This document shows, piece by piece, positions 12,295-25,998 of a stretch of 64,000 nucleotides of DNA. The notes beneath the pieces are model-generated. The model did no database searches and was not told the DNA's origin. It saw only the letters and a program-made list of their open reading frames with translations. Source of the DNA: Kofleriaceae bacterium (GTDB lineage Bacteria; Myxococcota_A; Polyangia; Haliangiales; Haliangiaceae). Each line of letters opens with the position of its first letter. Position 1 is the stretch's first letter. The position numbers and the translations under genes are program-made. The stretch is from assembly GCA_046597055.1 (NCBI GenBank), contig JBKJLC010000083.1:1-64000 (forward strand), given 5' to 3'.

Positions 12295-13146
12295 TCAGGT
12301 GCGCGGCGCGCCGCCCGGGCGGCGGGGGTCGGCGGCGTCGAGGCGGGCGATGAACTCGTCGTCGAAGCCGGCCCGGCGGCGGGCGGCGACGTCGAGGTGC
12401 GTGCCGCGCGCCCGGTGCCAGCCGAGCGGGAACGCGGCGACCCGGGCGTAGACGTCGGCCGGCGCCTCGCCCGGGGCCAGCTTGCCTAGCCAGGTCCACG
12501 CGAACCGCACGTGATCGACCTCGTCGGCCTGGACCTCGTCGAGGATCGCGGCGGTCTCGGGGTCACCGGCGGCGCGGGCGGCGTCGGCGTACTCGGCCGC
12601 GAAGTCGAGGTTGGCGTTCTCGAAGGTCAGGCCCATCGTGCAGACGAAGCCGAGCGGGGTCGCCAGCCGCTCGAGCTTGTTCCAGAAGTGTCCGGTGACC
12701 GGACAGTCGCCGAAGCGGCAGCCGAGCGCGGCCGCCCGGGCGGCGTAGGCGGCGCAGTGGCGCTGCTCGTCGGCGCAGATCGCGAGCAGGCCGGCGCGGA
12801 ACCCACGCGGCAGATCCGCGAACGCGAGCAGCGCCCACGCGAACAGCTCGGCGGCCTGCAGCTCGTGGTTGGCCAGCGCGTGCAGGATGCGCGCACGCTG
12901 GGACCGATCGCGCATGCCGGCCAGCGGCGGCACCGCGACCTCGCGGCCGGTGCGGATCGCCAGCTCCGGCGGCCGGCCCGGCGCGGCCAGCCACTCGGGG
13001 GCCGCGGCCTCACCGGCGAGGAGCCCGGTCGGCGGCCGCAGCTTGGCCTCGAGCGTCGTCGCGAGGACGACGCTCCGCGCCCAGTCGGCGACCGGGGAGG
13101 GCGGAGGGGCGGGGATGGACGTGGGACGACCTCGGAGCGCGCTCAG
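12295..13146 (-). CDS. DUF455 family ferritin-like diiron protein
   Basis: HALANHELQA, DEQRH, FENANLD, DEVDHV. The open frame with coding-like bias extends from the ORF-track start (12933) up to about 13146; start uncertain. Confidence 0.82.
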   Translation of the reverse strand: MSALRGRPTSIPAPPPSPVADWARSVVLATTLEAKLRPPTGLLAGEAAAPEWLAAPGRPPELAIRTGREVAVPPLAGMRDRSQRARILHALANHELQAAELFAWALLAFADLPRGFRAGLLAICADEQRHCAAYAARAAALGCRFGDCPVTGHFWNKLERLATPLGFVCTMGLTFENANLDFAAEYADAARAAGDPETAAILDEVQADEVDHVRFAWTWLGKLAPGEAPADVYARVAAFPLGWHRARGTHLDVAARRRAGFDDEFIARLDAADPRRPGGAPRT

Positions 13147-14612
13147 ACCTTACGGCGGCGCCGGCGCATCATCAACCCGGCCGCGACCACGCCGATGCCG
13201 AGCGGCAGGGTCGGGTCGGTGGCGCCGTCGGTCGAGCAGCCGAGGCAGCCGCCGGTGGCGCCGCCCGGATAGCAGAAACCCTGGCCCGGGTTGGTGCTGT
13301 CCTGCGCGCACCGGAAGCCCTCGGGACAGGCGTTCGCGGCCAGCTCGCACGACTCGGTGCACACGGTGCCATCGGCGCCACCGACGCACTGACCGGAAGC
13401 ACAGTCGAGTGCGCCGGTGCACTCGGTGCCGAGGCCACCCTCGCTGTCGGGGCCGGGGACGCAGCGGCCGCCGGCGCAGACGAGGTCGGCGCCCTGGGTG
13501 GCGCAGTCGCGGTCGTCCTGGCACGGCTCGCCCAGGATGACCGAGATCTGCGCGGTGCCTTCGGAGCCGAGGTTGTCGGTGGCCCGGATGGTGACCATGT
13601 GCGTGCCGGGGGCGACCGTCATGGGTGCGTTGAACGCGTAGGGGGCGGTGGTCAGCTGCGCGGTCGGGGTGCCGTCGATCAGGAGCTCGACCTTCTGGAT
13701 GCCCTGGTCATCTTCCACGGTGGCATTGATGACGAAGCCGGGCGTCACGATGGCGCCGTTGGCCGGGTTGGTGATGGTGATGGTCGGCGGGGTCGGCGCC
13801 GAGGTGCCGAAGATCTCGAGCAGCTTCTCGACCGAGTTCTGCTCCATCGGGCCGCACTGGCACTCGGACGCGGGCTGGCAGCAGCCCTGGGTCCCGATGC
13901 ACGCGGTCTCATCCTGGAACCGCTTGCTGGCCGGCGTCCGGATGTACGTCATCGGGTCCTTGCCGAGCATCTCGTGGGCGAGCCCGAACGCGTGCGCGGT
14001 CTCCTGCGCGATGGTCCAGCACGACTGGGCGATGTCGCTCGGATACAGGTTGATGAAGCTGAACGTGATCGCGTTCGGGATCACACCGCAGCTGTACGGC
14101 GACACGCCGGCGACCCCGTTGGGGAAGCCGACGTTGGTGGGGAGCCCGGCCGACATCGCTTCCCAGTGGCCGACGGCGCAGGTGGCGTTGGGATCCGGGC
14201 ACGGATCGGTCGCGGTCACTCCGATGTTGAACTGCGCGTAGGTGTCCTTCACGCAGGCGACGATCTGGTTCCAGGTCGTGTCGCTACCCGCGTACGCCGC
14301 CAGGGTCCGGTTGCTCGTGCCGCTGATGATCGACGACGTATTGTTCCGCGAGTCCTCGCGGCCCGTGCTGCGGCCCGGCTTGATCACGCAGCCGTTGGGC
14401 TTGCAGTTGTTCAGGTAGAGGATCCGCGACGGCGGTGCGTGCGGGACCACATCGGCGACCGGCAGGTCGACCGGGATGAAGATGCGCTGGTAGGGCGAGA
14501 GGTCGTAGCTCTCCGGCGGCGCGGGCGTCTGGTCGGCCTGCCCGAGGGCGACGCTGACACCGGCGAAGGTCACGAACAGGGCACACGCAACGGCGGTAGC
14601 GTGAATCTTCAT
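13143..14612 (-). CDS. Secreted MYXO-CTERM protein: zincin-like domain + Ig-like domain + Cys-rich repeats
   Basis: Signal peptide, QETAHAFGLAH...DPMTY, Big-like PTITITNPANG...APYAF, C-terminal GGCLGC-TM-RRRRR. Confidence 0.85.
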   Translation of the reverse strand: MKIHATAVACALFVTFAGVSVALGQADQTPAPPESYDLSPYQRIFIPVDLPVADVVPHAPPSRILYLNNCKPNGCVIKPGRSTGREDSRNNTSSIISGTSNRTLAAYAGSDTTWNQIVACVKDTYAQFNIGVTATDPCPDPNATCAVGHWEAMSAGLPTNVGFPNGVAGVSPYSCGVIPNAITFSFINLYPSDIAQSCWTIAQETAHAFGLAHEMLGKDPMTYIRTPASKRFQDETACIGTQGCCQPASECQCGPMEQNSVEKLLEIFGTSAPTPPTITITNPANGAIVTPGFVINATVEDDQGIQKVELLIDGTPTAQLTTAPYAFNAPMTVAPGTHMVTIRATDNLGSEGTAQISVILGEPCQDDRDCATQGADLVCAGGRCVPGPDSEGGLGTECTGALDCASGQCVGGADGTVCTESCELAANACPEGFRCAQDSTNPGQGFCYPGGATGGCLGCSTDGATDPTLPLGIGVVAAGLMMRRRRRKV

Positions 14613-14732
14613 CAGGACCCTGATAGCGGGCCCGGCGTCTGCCGGTCCATGCCACCGGACTGGCAAGAGATCACGTCGCGTGCTTCCCTCTCACATCAGT
14701 CCGGTTCCGAGCGAGCCCTCGGAGGCAGCGGG

Positions 14733-16184
14733 TCAGTGCGGGCGCGCGGACGGCTTCCGCCGGCGGCGCAGGAGCAGCCCGGCGACCGCCAGCCCGGCGC
14801 CGATCGGCGCGATCGGGCTGGTGCCAGATCCGGTCGAGCAGCCGAGGCAGCCGCCGCTGGTCTCGCCGGCGATGCAGTAGCCGACGCCGTCGGTGCCGTT
14901 GGCGCAGGCGAAGCTGTCGGGGCACTGGTTGGCGACGCCCGGCATGCACTGCTCGGTGCAGCTGTTGACGCCCTCGCTGCCGACGCACAGACCCGAGCTG
15001 CACTCGAGCGGCGAGCCGCAGCTCTCGCCGAGGCCGCCGGGCGCGCCGGGGCCGGGCACGCAGCGGCCACCGACGCAGGTGTAGTCGTCGCCGACCGCCG
15101 CGCAGTCGCCGGGGCGCTGGCACGGCGCGCCGATGTAGACGTCCACCGAGGCGGTGCCAGGCGTGCCGTTGGCGTCGACCGCGCGGACCTCGACGCGGTG
15201 GCTGCCGGCGCCGAGCGTGGCGGGCGCGTTGAACGCGAACGGGCCGGCGGTGAGGGTCTGGGCGATCTGGTTGTCGACCAGCAGCTCGACCTTGGCGATG
15301 CCCTGGTCGTCGATGATCTGGGTGCTGACCACGAAGCCCGGCTCGACCTCATCGCCCGGGCGCGGGCTGACGATCTCGATGGTCGGCGGCGACGGCGGCG
15401 CGGCCCCGAAGATCGCCATCAGCTCGGTCACCGAGTTCTGCTTGGTGCGGCAGTAGCAGTTGCGCACGGTGCTCTCGCCGCAGTCGGCCAGGGTGTCCTG
15501 GAACCGCTTCTTGCTCGGGGCCGGCAGGTAGGTCATCGGGTCCTCGCCGAGCAGCTCGTGGTCGAGGCCGAACGAGTGGGCGGTCTCCTGCGCGATGGTC
15601 CAGCACAGCTCGTCGACGTCGGCGCCGAGGGTGCCGGCGAACGCGTACGTGATCGAGTTGTCGATGATGTTGCAGCTGCGGAAGTCGAACGGCGACACGC
15701 CGCCGACCGCGCCGGGCGACTGGCTGACGTAGCCGATGTCGGCGGCGACGCCGGCGACGATCACCTCCCAGTGCGGCGTGGTGCAGCCGGTGGTGCTGGT
15801 ACACGGGTCGACGTCGGTGACCGCGATGTTGAAGCGGCCGTAGGTCTCCTTCACGCAGGCGACGGTCCGGTTCCAGATCGCGTCGCCATGGGTGAACGCC
15901 GGCACCATCGAGTTGCGGCGCGCGACGGTGGAGCGGTTGGTGCGCGAGTTCTCCGCGCCGGCGAAGATCGAGCAGCCGCCGACGCAGCGGTTCAGGTAGA
16001 TCAGGCGCGACGACGGCTCGGCCGGCACGGTCCGCGCCTGGTAGCGCTGGCGGGCCGGGAACGACAGCGAGGCGTTGGCCTCGGTGACCGGGACCCGCTC
16101 GCGGAGGGGCCGGTCTGCCCGCGCTCCGGCGGTGGTGGCGATCATGGCGGACAGGACGACCAGCGACGAGGCGAGCAACTTCAC
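14733..16184 (-). CDS. Secreted MYXO-CTERM protein, tandem paralog of 13143-14612
   Basis: Same architecture: IYLNRC, CWTIAQETAHSFGLDH, DPMTY, PGFVV...DDQGI.KVELL, GGCLGCST-TM-RRRRK. Confidence 0.85.
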   Translation of the reverse strand: MKLLASSLVVLSAMIATTAGARADRPLRERVPVTEANASLSFPARQRYQARTVPAEPSSRLIYLNRCVGGCSIFAGAENSRTNRSTVARRNSMVPAFTHGDAIWNRTVACVKETYGRFNIAVTDVDPCTSTTGCTTPHWEVIVAGVAADIGYVSQSPGAVGGVSPFDFRSCNIIDNSITYAFAGTLGADVDELCWTIAQETAHSFGLDHELLGEDPMTYLPAPSKKRFQDTLADCGESTVRNCYCRTKQNSVTELMAIFGAAPPSPPTIEIVSPRPGDEVEPGFVVSTQIIDDQGIAKVELLVDNQIAQTLTAGPFAFNAPATLGAGSHRVEVRAVDANGTPGTASVDVYIGAPCQRPGDCAAVGDDYTCVGGRCVPGPGAPGGLGESCGSPLECSSGLCVGSEGVNSCTEQCMPGVANQCPDSFACANGTDGVGYCIAGETSGGCLGCSTGSGTSPIAPIGAGLAVAGLLLRRRRKPSARPH

Positions 16185-16337
16185 GGCCGCCTTGATACCC
16201 GGGCGGGGGGCCCCGGTGACACCAGGGGCTCCTCTCAGTCGATTACGCGGGTTGCTTCCCCGGCATCTCAGGCATCGCACCGACAAACCGAGGCAGGACG
16301 GAGGCTTACGGCCCGGTGAGCCCGGCGGTCGCCCCGG

Positions 16338-17333
16338 TCAGAACAGCCCGGCGGCCACCATGAACACCAGATAGGCGAGGATGAGAAGCCCGCCCTCGAT
16401 GCGGGTCACCCGCCGGTTGCCGCGCATGAAGAAGACCGCCAGCAGGGTGCAGGCGGCGAGCCCGATCGCGTCGACCGCGTGCATCCGCTCGCCGACCCGG
16501 ACCGGGTGCAGGTACGCGACCATGCCCAGCACCAGGAAGACGTTGAGCAGGTTCGAGCCGATCACCGAGCCGACCGCGAGCGAGCCGTGGCCGCGCTGGG
16601 CCGCCATCACCGAGGCGATCAGCTCGGGCAGCGAGGTGCCGAGCGCGACGATGGTCATGCCGAGCATGCGCTCGGAGATGCCCAGCTCGCCGGCCAGGCG
16701 GCTGGCGCCGGCGACGAACTGGTGGCTGCCGGTGATGACCAGGAACACCCCGATCGAGGCCATGACCAGCGCCAGGAACCGCGAGCCGCCCGCGCGCTTC
16801 TTGCCTCCGCCGTAGGACGCGGCCACGTCCTCGGCCTGGTGCGCGTAGTCGACGGCCTCGTCGGAGGGGTCGTGGCGCGAGCTGATGGTGAGCGTCGCGA
16901 TCGTGAAGACGACCGCGCACCCGACCAGCACCAGCCCCTCGATCCGGGAGATGACGCCGTCGTAGAGGGTGACCGGGATCGCGACCACCGAGCCGAGCAA
17001 GATCGGCACCTCGCGGCGGATGATGCGGGCGTCGACCACCGGCGGGGCGATCAGCGCGGTCAGGCCGAGGATGAGCGCGATGTTGGCGGCGCACGAGCCG
17101 ATCACGTTGCCGAGGGCGACCGGCGTGAGGTGGCCGGCGGCGGCCTCGGTCGAGACCGCCAGCTCGGGCGCCGAGGTGCCGTAGGCGACGACGGTCAGGC
17201 CGATCACGAGCGACTTGACCCCGAGCGCGCGGGCCAGGGTCGCCGAGCCCCGGATCAGCCACTCGGATCCCACGAACAGCAGGAGGACCCCGCCGATCAG
17301 GCGCGCGACGGCGATCGGCGTGTCGAAACCCAC
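16338..17333 (-). CDS. Ca2+/Na+ (cation) antiporter, YrbG family
   Basis: Two alpha repeats GTSAPEL/GTSLPEL with GNVIGS/GSVIGSN; multiple TM helices. Confidence 0.93.
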   Translation of the reverse strand: MGFDTPIAVARLIGGVLLLFVGSEWLIRGSATLARALGVKSLVIGLTVVAYGTSAPELAVSTEAAAGHLTPVALGNVIGSCAANIALILGLTALIAPPVVDARIIRREVPILLGSVVAIPVTLYDGVISRIEGLVLVGCAVVFTIATLTISSRHDPSDEAVDYAHQAEDVAASYGGGKKRAGGSRFLALVMASIGVFLVITGSHQFVAGASRLAGELGISERMLGMTIVALGTSLPELIASVMAAQRGHGSLAVGSVIGSNLLNVFLVLGMVAYLHPVRVGERMHAVDAIGLAACTLLAVFFMRGNRRVTRIEGGLLILAYLVFMVAAGLF

Positions 17334-17343
17334 GGCGCGAGTG

Positions 17344-18006
17344 TTACCCGGGCGGCGGGCGTCGGACCAGGTACCGGGCGTGCTTCATGAGTCGCTCGAC
17401 CCGGGGCCAGTCGTCGGAGTCGTAGTAGCCGCGCAGGTGGCCGGTCTGGTCGACCAGGACGAAGTGGCCGCTGTGGGTGATGTTGGGGGCGCCCGACGCG
17501 GTGGTGCCGCCGAGGTCGTCGAAGCCGATCTGCATGCCGCGCTCGACCAGCGCGCGGACCGCGCCGATGTCACCGCGGACGAAGCGCCACCGCGCCGGAT
17601 CGGCGCCGTAGCGCTCGGCGAACGCGGCCAGGGCCGGCACGGTGTCGTGGTCGGGATCGACCGAGATCGAGAGCAGCTTGAGGGCGACCACGTCGCCGGT
17701 GCGCTCCTGGATCGTGCGCATCTTCATCGACGTGACCGGGCACACCGTGTCGCAGCGGGTGAAGATGAAGTTGACGATGGTGACGTGGCCGCGCAGCGAC
17801 TCGCGGGTGACGGTGGCCCCGGTGTGATCGGTCAGCGAGAACGGTGGCAGCTCGCCGTGATCGTCGAGCTTCGGGATCTCGGGCGGAAACACCACCGTCG
17901 GCAGGAACACGGTGGTGCCGACGATCAGCACGATGACCGCGACCAGGCTGAGGAAGAGCGTGCGACCGCTGATGCGAGCCGGCCGCGGCGCTGCCGAGGT
18001 GGACAT
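17344..18006 (-). CDS. SCO1/SenC family copper chaperone
   Basis: FIFTRCDTVCP (CxxxC), ISVDPDHD, ITHSGHFVLVD. Confidence 0.93.
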   Translation of the reverse strand: MSTSAAPRPARISGRTLFLSLVAVIVLIVGTTVFLPTVVFPPEIPKLDDHGELPPFSLTDHTGATVTRESLRGHVTIVNFIFTRCDTVCPVTSMKMRTIQERTGDVVALKLLSISVDPDHDTVPALAAFAERYGADPARWRFVRGDIGAVRALVERGMQIGFDDLGGTTASGAPNITHSGHFVLVDQTGHLRGYYDSDDWPRVERLMKHARYLVRRPPPG

Positions 18007-18078
18007 GCAGCGACATGTACCACCGTGCGGGGGTCACGCATCGCGGCATGCTGTCGCGACCCGGGGTAGGCTTGGCCG

Positions 18079-18561
18079 ATGCGACCCAAGACCACGTGCC
18101 TGGGTGTGGTGGCCGCGGCCGCGCTCGCCCTGACCGCGACCCCGGCCCGGGCCGAGGTCGGCGTCGGCGTCTTCCTGGGACAGCCGACCGGGCTCGACCT
18201 CAAGCTCGATCTCGCGCGCCGCTCGGCGCTCGACATCGTCATCGGCTGGGAGTACTTCGACGACGGCCGCGACGGCTATGCGCACCTGACCTACCTGGTC
18301 GGGCTGGGCGCGGCGCGCGGCCGCTCGGTGCTGATCCCGTTCCGGCTCGGCATCGGCGTCGCGGCCTACGGCGGTGCCGGCGACTTCGGGGACGAGGTCA
18401 ACATCGCGGTGCGGGCGCCGTTCGAGGTCGGCATCCGCTTCCGCAGCGCGCCGATCGAGATCTACGGCGAGATCGCGCTGAAGCTGACGCTGCTCGACGA
18501 GAACGAGAACGATGACGACATCGACTTCGATGGCGGCATCGGCATGCGCATCTACTTCTGA
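18079..18561 (+). CDS. Small outer-membrane beta-barrel protein (DUF3996-like)
   Basis: Signal peptide, GVGVFLGQPTGL, alternating beta strands, C-terminal GMRIYF. Confidence 0.75.
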   Translation: MRPKTTCLGVVAAAALALTATPARAEVGVGVFLGQPTGLDLKLDLARRSALDIVIGWEYFDDGRDGYAHLTYLVGLGAARGRSVLIPFRLGIGVAAYGGAGDFGDEVNIAVRAPFEVGIRFRSAPIEIYGEIALKLTLLDENENDDDIDFDGGIGMRIYF

Positions 18562-18570
18562 CCGGCCGGG

Positions 18571-22962
<4,392 letters not shown>

Positions 22963-23040
22963 ACCGAGCGAACCCTCCGGCCCGCTCGCCCCATCATAGT
23001 CGCGGAGGCGACCGATTCGCCTGCTGGAGTGCGCTTCATC

Positions 23041-23700
23041 TCACGACGGCGGCAAGCGCTTGATCACCAGGTTGTCGAACCAGGTGTCGGTCTCCCAGTT
23101 GTTGAAGCCGAGGTGGTCGTGGCCGACCCCGGTCAGCGGTTGCGGGTCCTGGTAGCGCAGGAACGGTGTGGCCAGGTCGTCGACGTACCACTCGATCGTG
23201 TCGCGGCGGCGGATGATGCGCCAGTGGTAGCGCTGGTTGGCGACCACCCGCGGCAGCGGGCGCTTGACCATCTCGGTGCCGTGCTCGTCGAGCCGGGCGA
23301 TGAACGAGGTCGTGTTCTTCCAGCCGCCCATGCCGATCACGTAGCCGGTCGCGGTGTAGCGGTTGCCGTCGGGGTCGAACGAGCGGCCATCGCCGAAGAC
23401 CTCGAGCTTGATGTCGCCGTCGGGCGAGGTCGACCAGGCGTCGAGGTCGATCTGGAGGTCGCCGGCGGGCAGCCGGCGGGCGAGCCACAGCGGGTGGTTG
23501 TGGGCGCCGTGAGCGTTCAGGGCCCCGTCGCGCAGGTGGTAGCCACTGCCGGTCCGGGTCCAGTCCGGCCCGAGCGAAGCCCGGTCGAAGCTGTCGAGAT
23601 AGCTCGACTCGATCGGCGGCGACTCGCGGACCTTGCAGGCGGGCGCGAGGCCCCCGAAGGCGACGCAGGCGATGGTGAGGAGGGCGCGGGAGGCGCGCAT
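23041..23700 (-). CDS. Hypothetical lipoprotein (beta-sandwich / concanavalin-like)
   Basis: Lipobox LAPAC, DSFDR...W, GHDHLGFNNW, WFDNLVI. Confidence 0.7.
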   Translation of the reverse strand: MRASRALLTIACVAFGGLAPACKVRESPPIESSYLDSFDRASLGPDWTRTGSGYHLRDGALNAHGAHNHPLWLARRLPAGDLQIDLDAWSTSPDGDIKLEVFGDGRSFDPDGNRYTATGYVIGMGGWKNTTSFIARLDEHGTEMVKRPLPRVVANQRYHWRIIRRRDTIEWYVDDLATPFLRYQDPQPLTGVGHDHLGFNNWETDTWFDNLVIKRLPPS

Positions 23701-23849
23701 GGCCGCGACTATGCGCGACCGACCCGGGTCGCGCAAACGTGCGGGGATCCACGTGATCGAAACCATTGTTGATTCCGATCCTGGACCCCAGGGGATCTCT
23801 TCCCGGACCGGGTTTCCGTGTCAGAGGCGGCCCTTAGGTTGGTCGCGAG

Positions 23850-24998
23850 TTGCGGATCGAGTCCCTCACACTACCGTTCGGACGGGAGTATCTGGAAGCG
23901 CCGGTCACGCCGCGCCCGTCCGACCAGGCTCCCTCCCGCGCCCGCCGCCGCGGCCGCGCCAAGCTCGAGTCGGTCGCCCCGACGCCGCTCGAGGCCGCCA
24001 CCGTCGTCACCGCGCCCATCACTGCCACTGCCACTGCCACTGCCACTGCCACTGCCACTGCCGCTGCCGCTGCGGGTGCCGCTGCCGCGGCGGGTGCCGC
24101 TGCCGCTGCCGCGGCGGATGCGGGTGCGGCGGCCGCGGCCGCTGCCAATGCCGCGGCCGTCGCCACCCTCCGCCCCCAGGACGGCGTCTACGTCCTCGAC
24201 GTCGAGACCACCGGCACCGACCGCCGCCGCGACCAGGTCATCGAGCTCTGCATCCAGTTCGGCCTCGATGACCGCGCTCCCAGCCGCACCTGGCGCTTCA
24301 AGCCCTCGGTCGCGATGTCGCCCGGCGCCCAGGCGGTCCACGGCATCTCGATGGACGACCTCGCCGCCTGCCCGAGCTTCGCCGACTGCGTCGACGAGAT
24401 CGAAGCGATCTTCGCCGACGCCCGCGTGATCGTCGGCTACAACCTCACGTTCGACATCGACATGCTCCAGGCCGAGATGGAGCGCATCAAGCGGCCCTTG
24501 CTCGACGTCAGCGGCAAGACGATCGTCGATCCGTTCCGGCTCTGGCAGCAGTGCGAGCCGCGCAGCCTGCAGCACGCCCACCAGCGGTTCGTCGGGCAAG
24601 GCTTCGAGGCCGCGCACTCGGCCTCGGCCGACGTCGCCGCGACCGGCCGGGTCCTGTCGGGCATGCTGCGCAGCTTCAACCTCGACCACCACGACTGGAG
24701 CGCGATCGCCACGATCTGCGACCCGCAGCGGTCGAGCTGGGTGGGCCCGTCGCGGCATCTGCGCTGGGAGGGGACCACCATCATCCTCTCGTTCGGCAAG
24801 CACAGCGGCACCCCGCTCCACGAGCTCGACCGCGGCTACCTGCGCTGGGTCGCCGACAAGGACTTTCCGGTCCACGTGACCGTGATCTGCAAGAAGGCGC
24901 TCGAGCTCGCGCCTGACGAGCTGGTCGCGTGGGTGCGCCAGCAGTTCGGCGAGCCGGCCCCGACCGGCGCCCCGCCGTTCGCGGCGCCCGGCGGGTAG
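23850..24998 (+). CDS. DEDDh 3'-5' exonuclease (DnaQ/ExoX-like) with C-terminal FGKH domain
   Basis: LDVETTG, GYNLTFD, HSASADV; C-terminal LSFGKHSG..L...YLRW; start uncertain. Confidence 0.88.
   Translation: MRIESLTLPFGREYLEAPVTPRPSDQAPSRARRRGRAKLESVAPTPLEAATVVTAPITATATATATATATAAAAAGAAAAAGAAAAAAADAGAAAAAAANAAAVATLRPQDGVYVLDVETTGTDRRRDQVIELCIQFGLDDRAPSRTWRFKPSVAMSPGAQAVHGISMDDLAACPSFADCVDEIEAIFADARVIVGYNLTFDIDMLQAEMERIKRPLLDVSGKTIVDPFRLWQQCEPRSLQHAHQRFVGQGFEAAHSASADVAATGRVLSGMLRSFNLDHHDWSAIATICDPQRSSWVGPSRHLRWEGTTIILSFGKHSGTPLHELDRGYLRWVADKDFPVHVTVICKKALELAPDELVAWVRQQFGEPAPTGAPPFAAPGG
24021..24156 (+). repeat. In-frame hexamer low-complexity tract (ACTGCC x7 then GCTGCC/GCGGGT variants)
   Basis: Directly visible; encodes TATATATATATATAAAAAGAAAAAG. 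Confidence 0.9.
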
Positions 24999-25006
24999 CC
25001 AACCCG

Positions 25007-25453
25007 TCAGCGCGGGACCCGCGCCGCCAGCTCGTTCGCCGAGATCAGGCCTTCGACGCGCGCGCGCTCGGTGCCATCGGGCGTCAGGAACAGGACCGTC
25101 GGCGTTGCGTGCGCCGACCAGCGATCCTGGAAGGCGAGATCGTCCTCGTCGTTCTCGGTGACGTCGATCCGGACCCGCACCCAGCCTTCGAGCGCGGCCC
25201 GCACGGTCCGGGTCTGGTAGTGGCGAGCGAGCTCCTTGCATGGCGCGCACCAGCTCGCGGTCACGTCGACCATCACGCCTTTCGCGCCCCCCGCGCGGGC
25301 CCGTGCCAGCCCGTGCTCGAGGTCGGTCTCCCAGCGCGGCGCCACGATCGGGCCGGAGCCCGACGCCCGTGGACGAGCTGGAGCATCGCGATCGCATCCC
25401 GCGAGTAACATGGTGGCCGCGAGCACGACCCGGGCGAGCGATGCTGGCGTCAC
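25007..25453 (-). CDS. Thioredoxin-family lipoprotein
   Basis: LLAGC lipobox, TASWCAPCK, TPTVLF. Confidence 0.88.
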   Translation of the reverse strand: MTPASLARVVLAATMLLAGCDRDAPARPRASGSGPIVAPRWETDLEHGLARARAGGAKGVMVDVTASWCAPCKELARHYQTRTVRAALEGWVRVRIDVTENDEDDLAFQDRWSAHATPTVLFLTPDGTERARVEGLISANELAARVPR

Positions 25454-25884
25454 GGGACGACCGCCGGGGCAGGCGTCGACGGCGACGCGATCGCGCCCGG
25501 CGGCAGGCTCCGGCCGGGCTCGTCGAGCCAGCCGCGGTGCTCCGCGCGCGCGCGGCCGCAGCGCTGGTCCTCGTGCACGCCGTACCCGGCGGACGACGCG
25601 AGCAGGACGCCCAGGACGCCATACGTGATGCCGAGCCCGCGCACCTCGGCGGGCTCGGGCTCCTCGGGGGCCCCGTTGATCATCGCCGCCGCGGCGAGGC
25701 CGGTCAGGCCAGCGAGGACCGCATCGACGGCGACGGCGAGCCTCCCTTCGGAGCAGGTCGGCAGCTGGTCGCGACGGTAGCCGCTAGGCAGGCGCTCGAC
25801 CCCCACGAACGAACAGCCGGTGACGAGCGGGGCGAGGAGGGCGAGCGTGAAGAGACGGCGGGCCGGGAGGCTCATACCGCGCAC
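25450..25884 (-). CDS. Hypothetical membrane/lipoprotein
   Basis: LVTGC lipobox-like, two hydrophobic segments, 4-bp overlap with the thioredoxin gene. Confidence 0.6.
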   Translation of the reverse strand: MRGMSLPARRLFTLALLAPLVTGCSFVGVERLPSGYRRDQLPTCSEGRLAVAVDAVLAGLTGLAAAAMINGAPEEPEPAEVRGLGITYGVLGVLLASSAGYGVHEDQRCGRARAEHRGWLDEPGRSLPPGAIASPSTPAPAVVP

Positions 25885-25998
25885 GTGTCGTCCGGACCGG
25901 TCCGCGGTTGCGTCGCGTTCGTGACGCAGCCGGCCTGCCCTCGCCGTCGGTCCGTGCGATCGTGCCGGCGCGTGTCGCGCGGTCCACGGTCAGCACGG

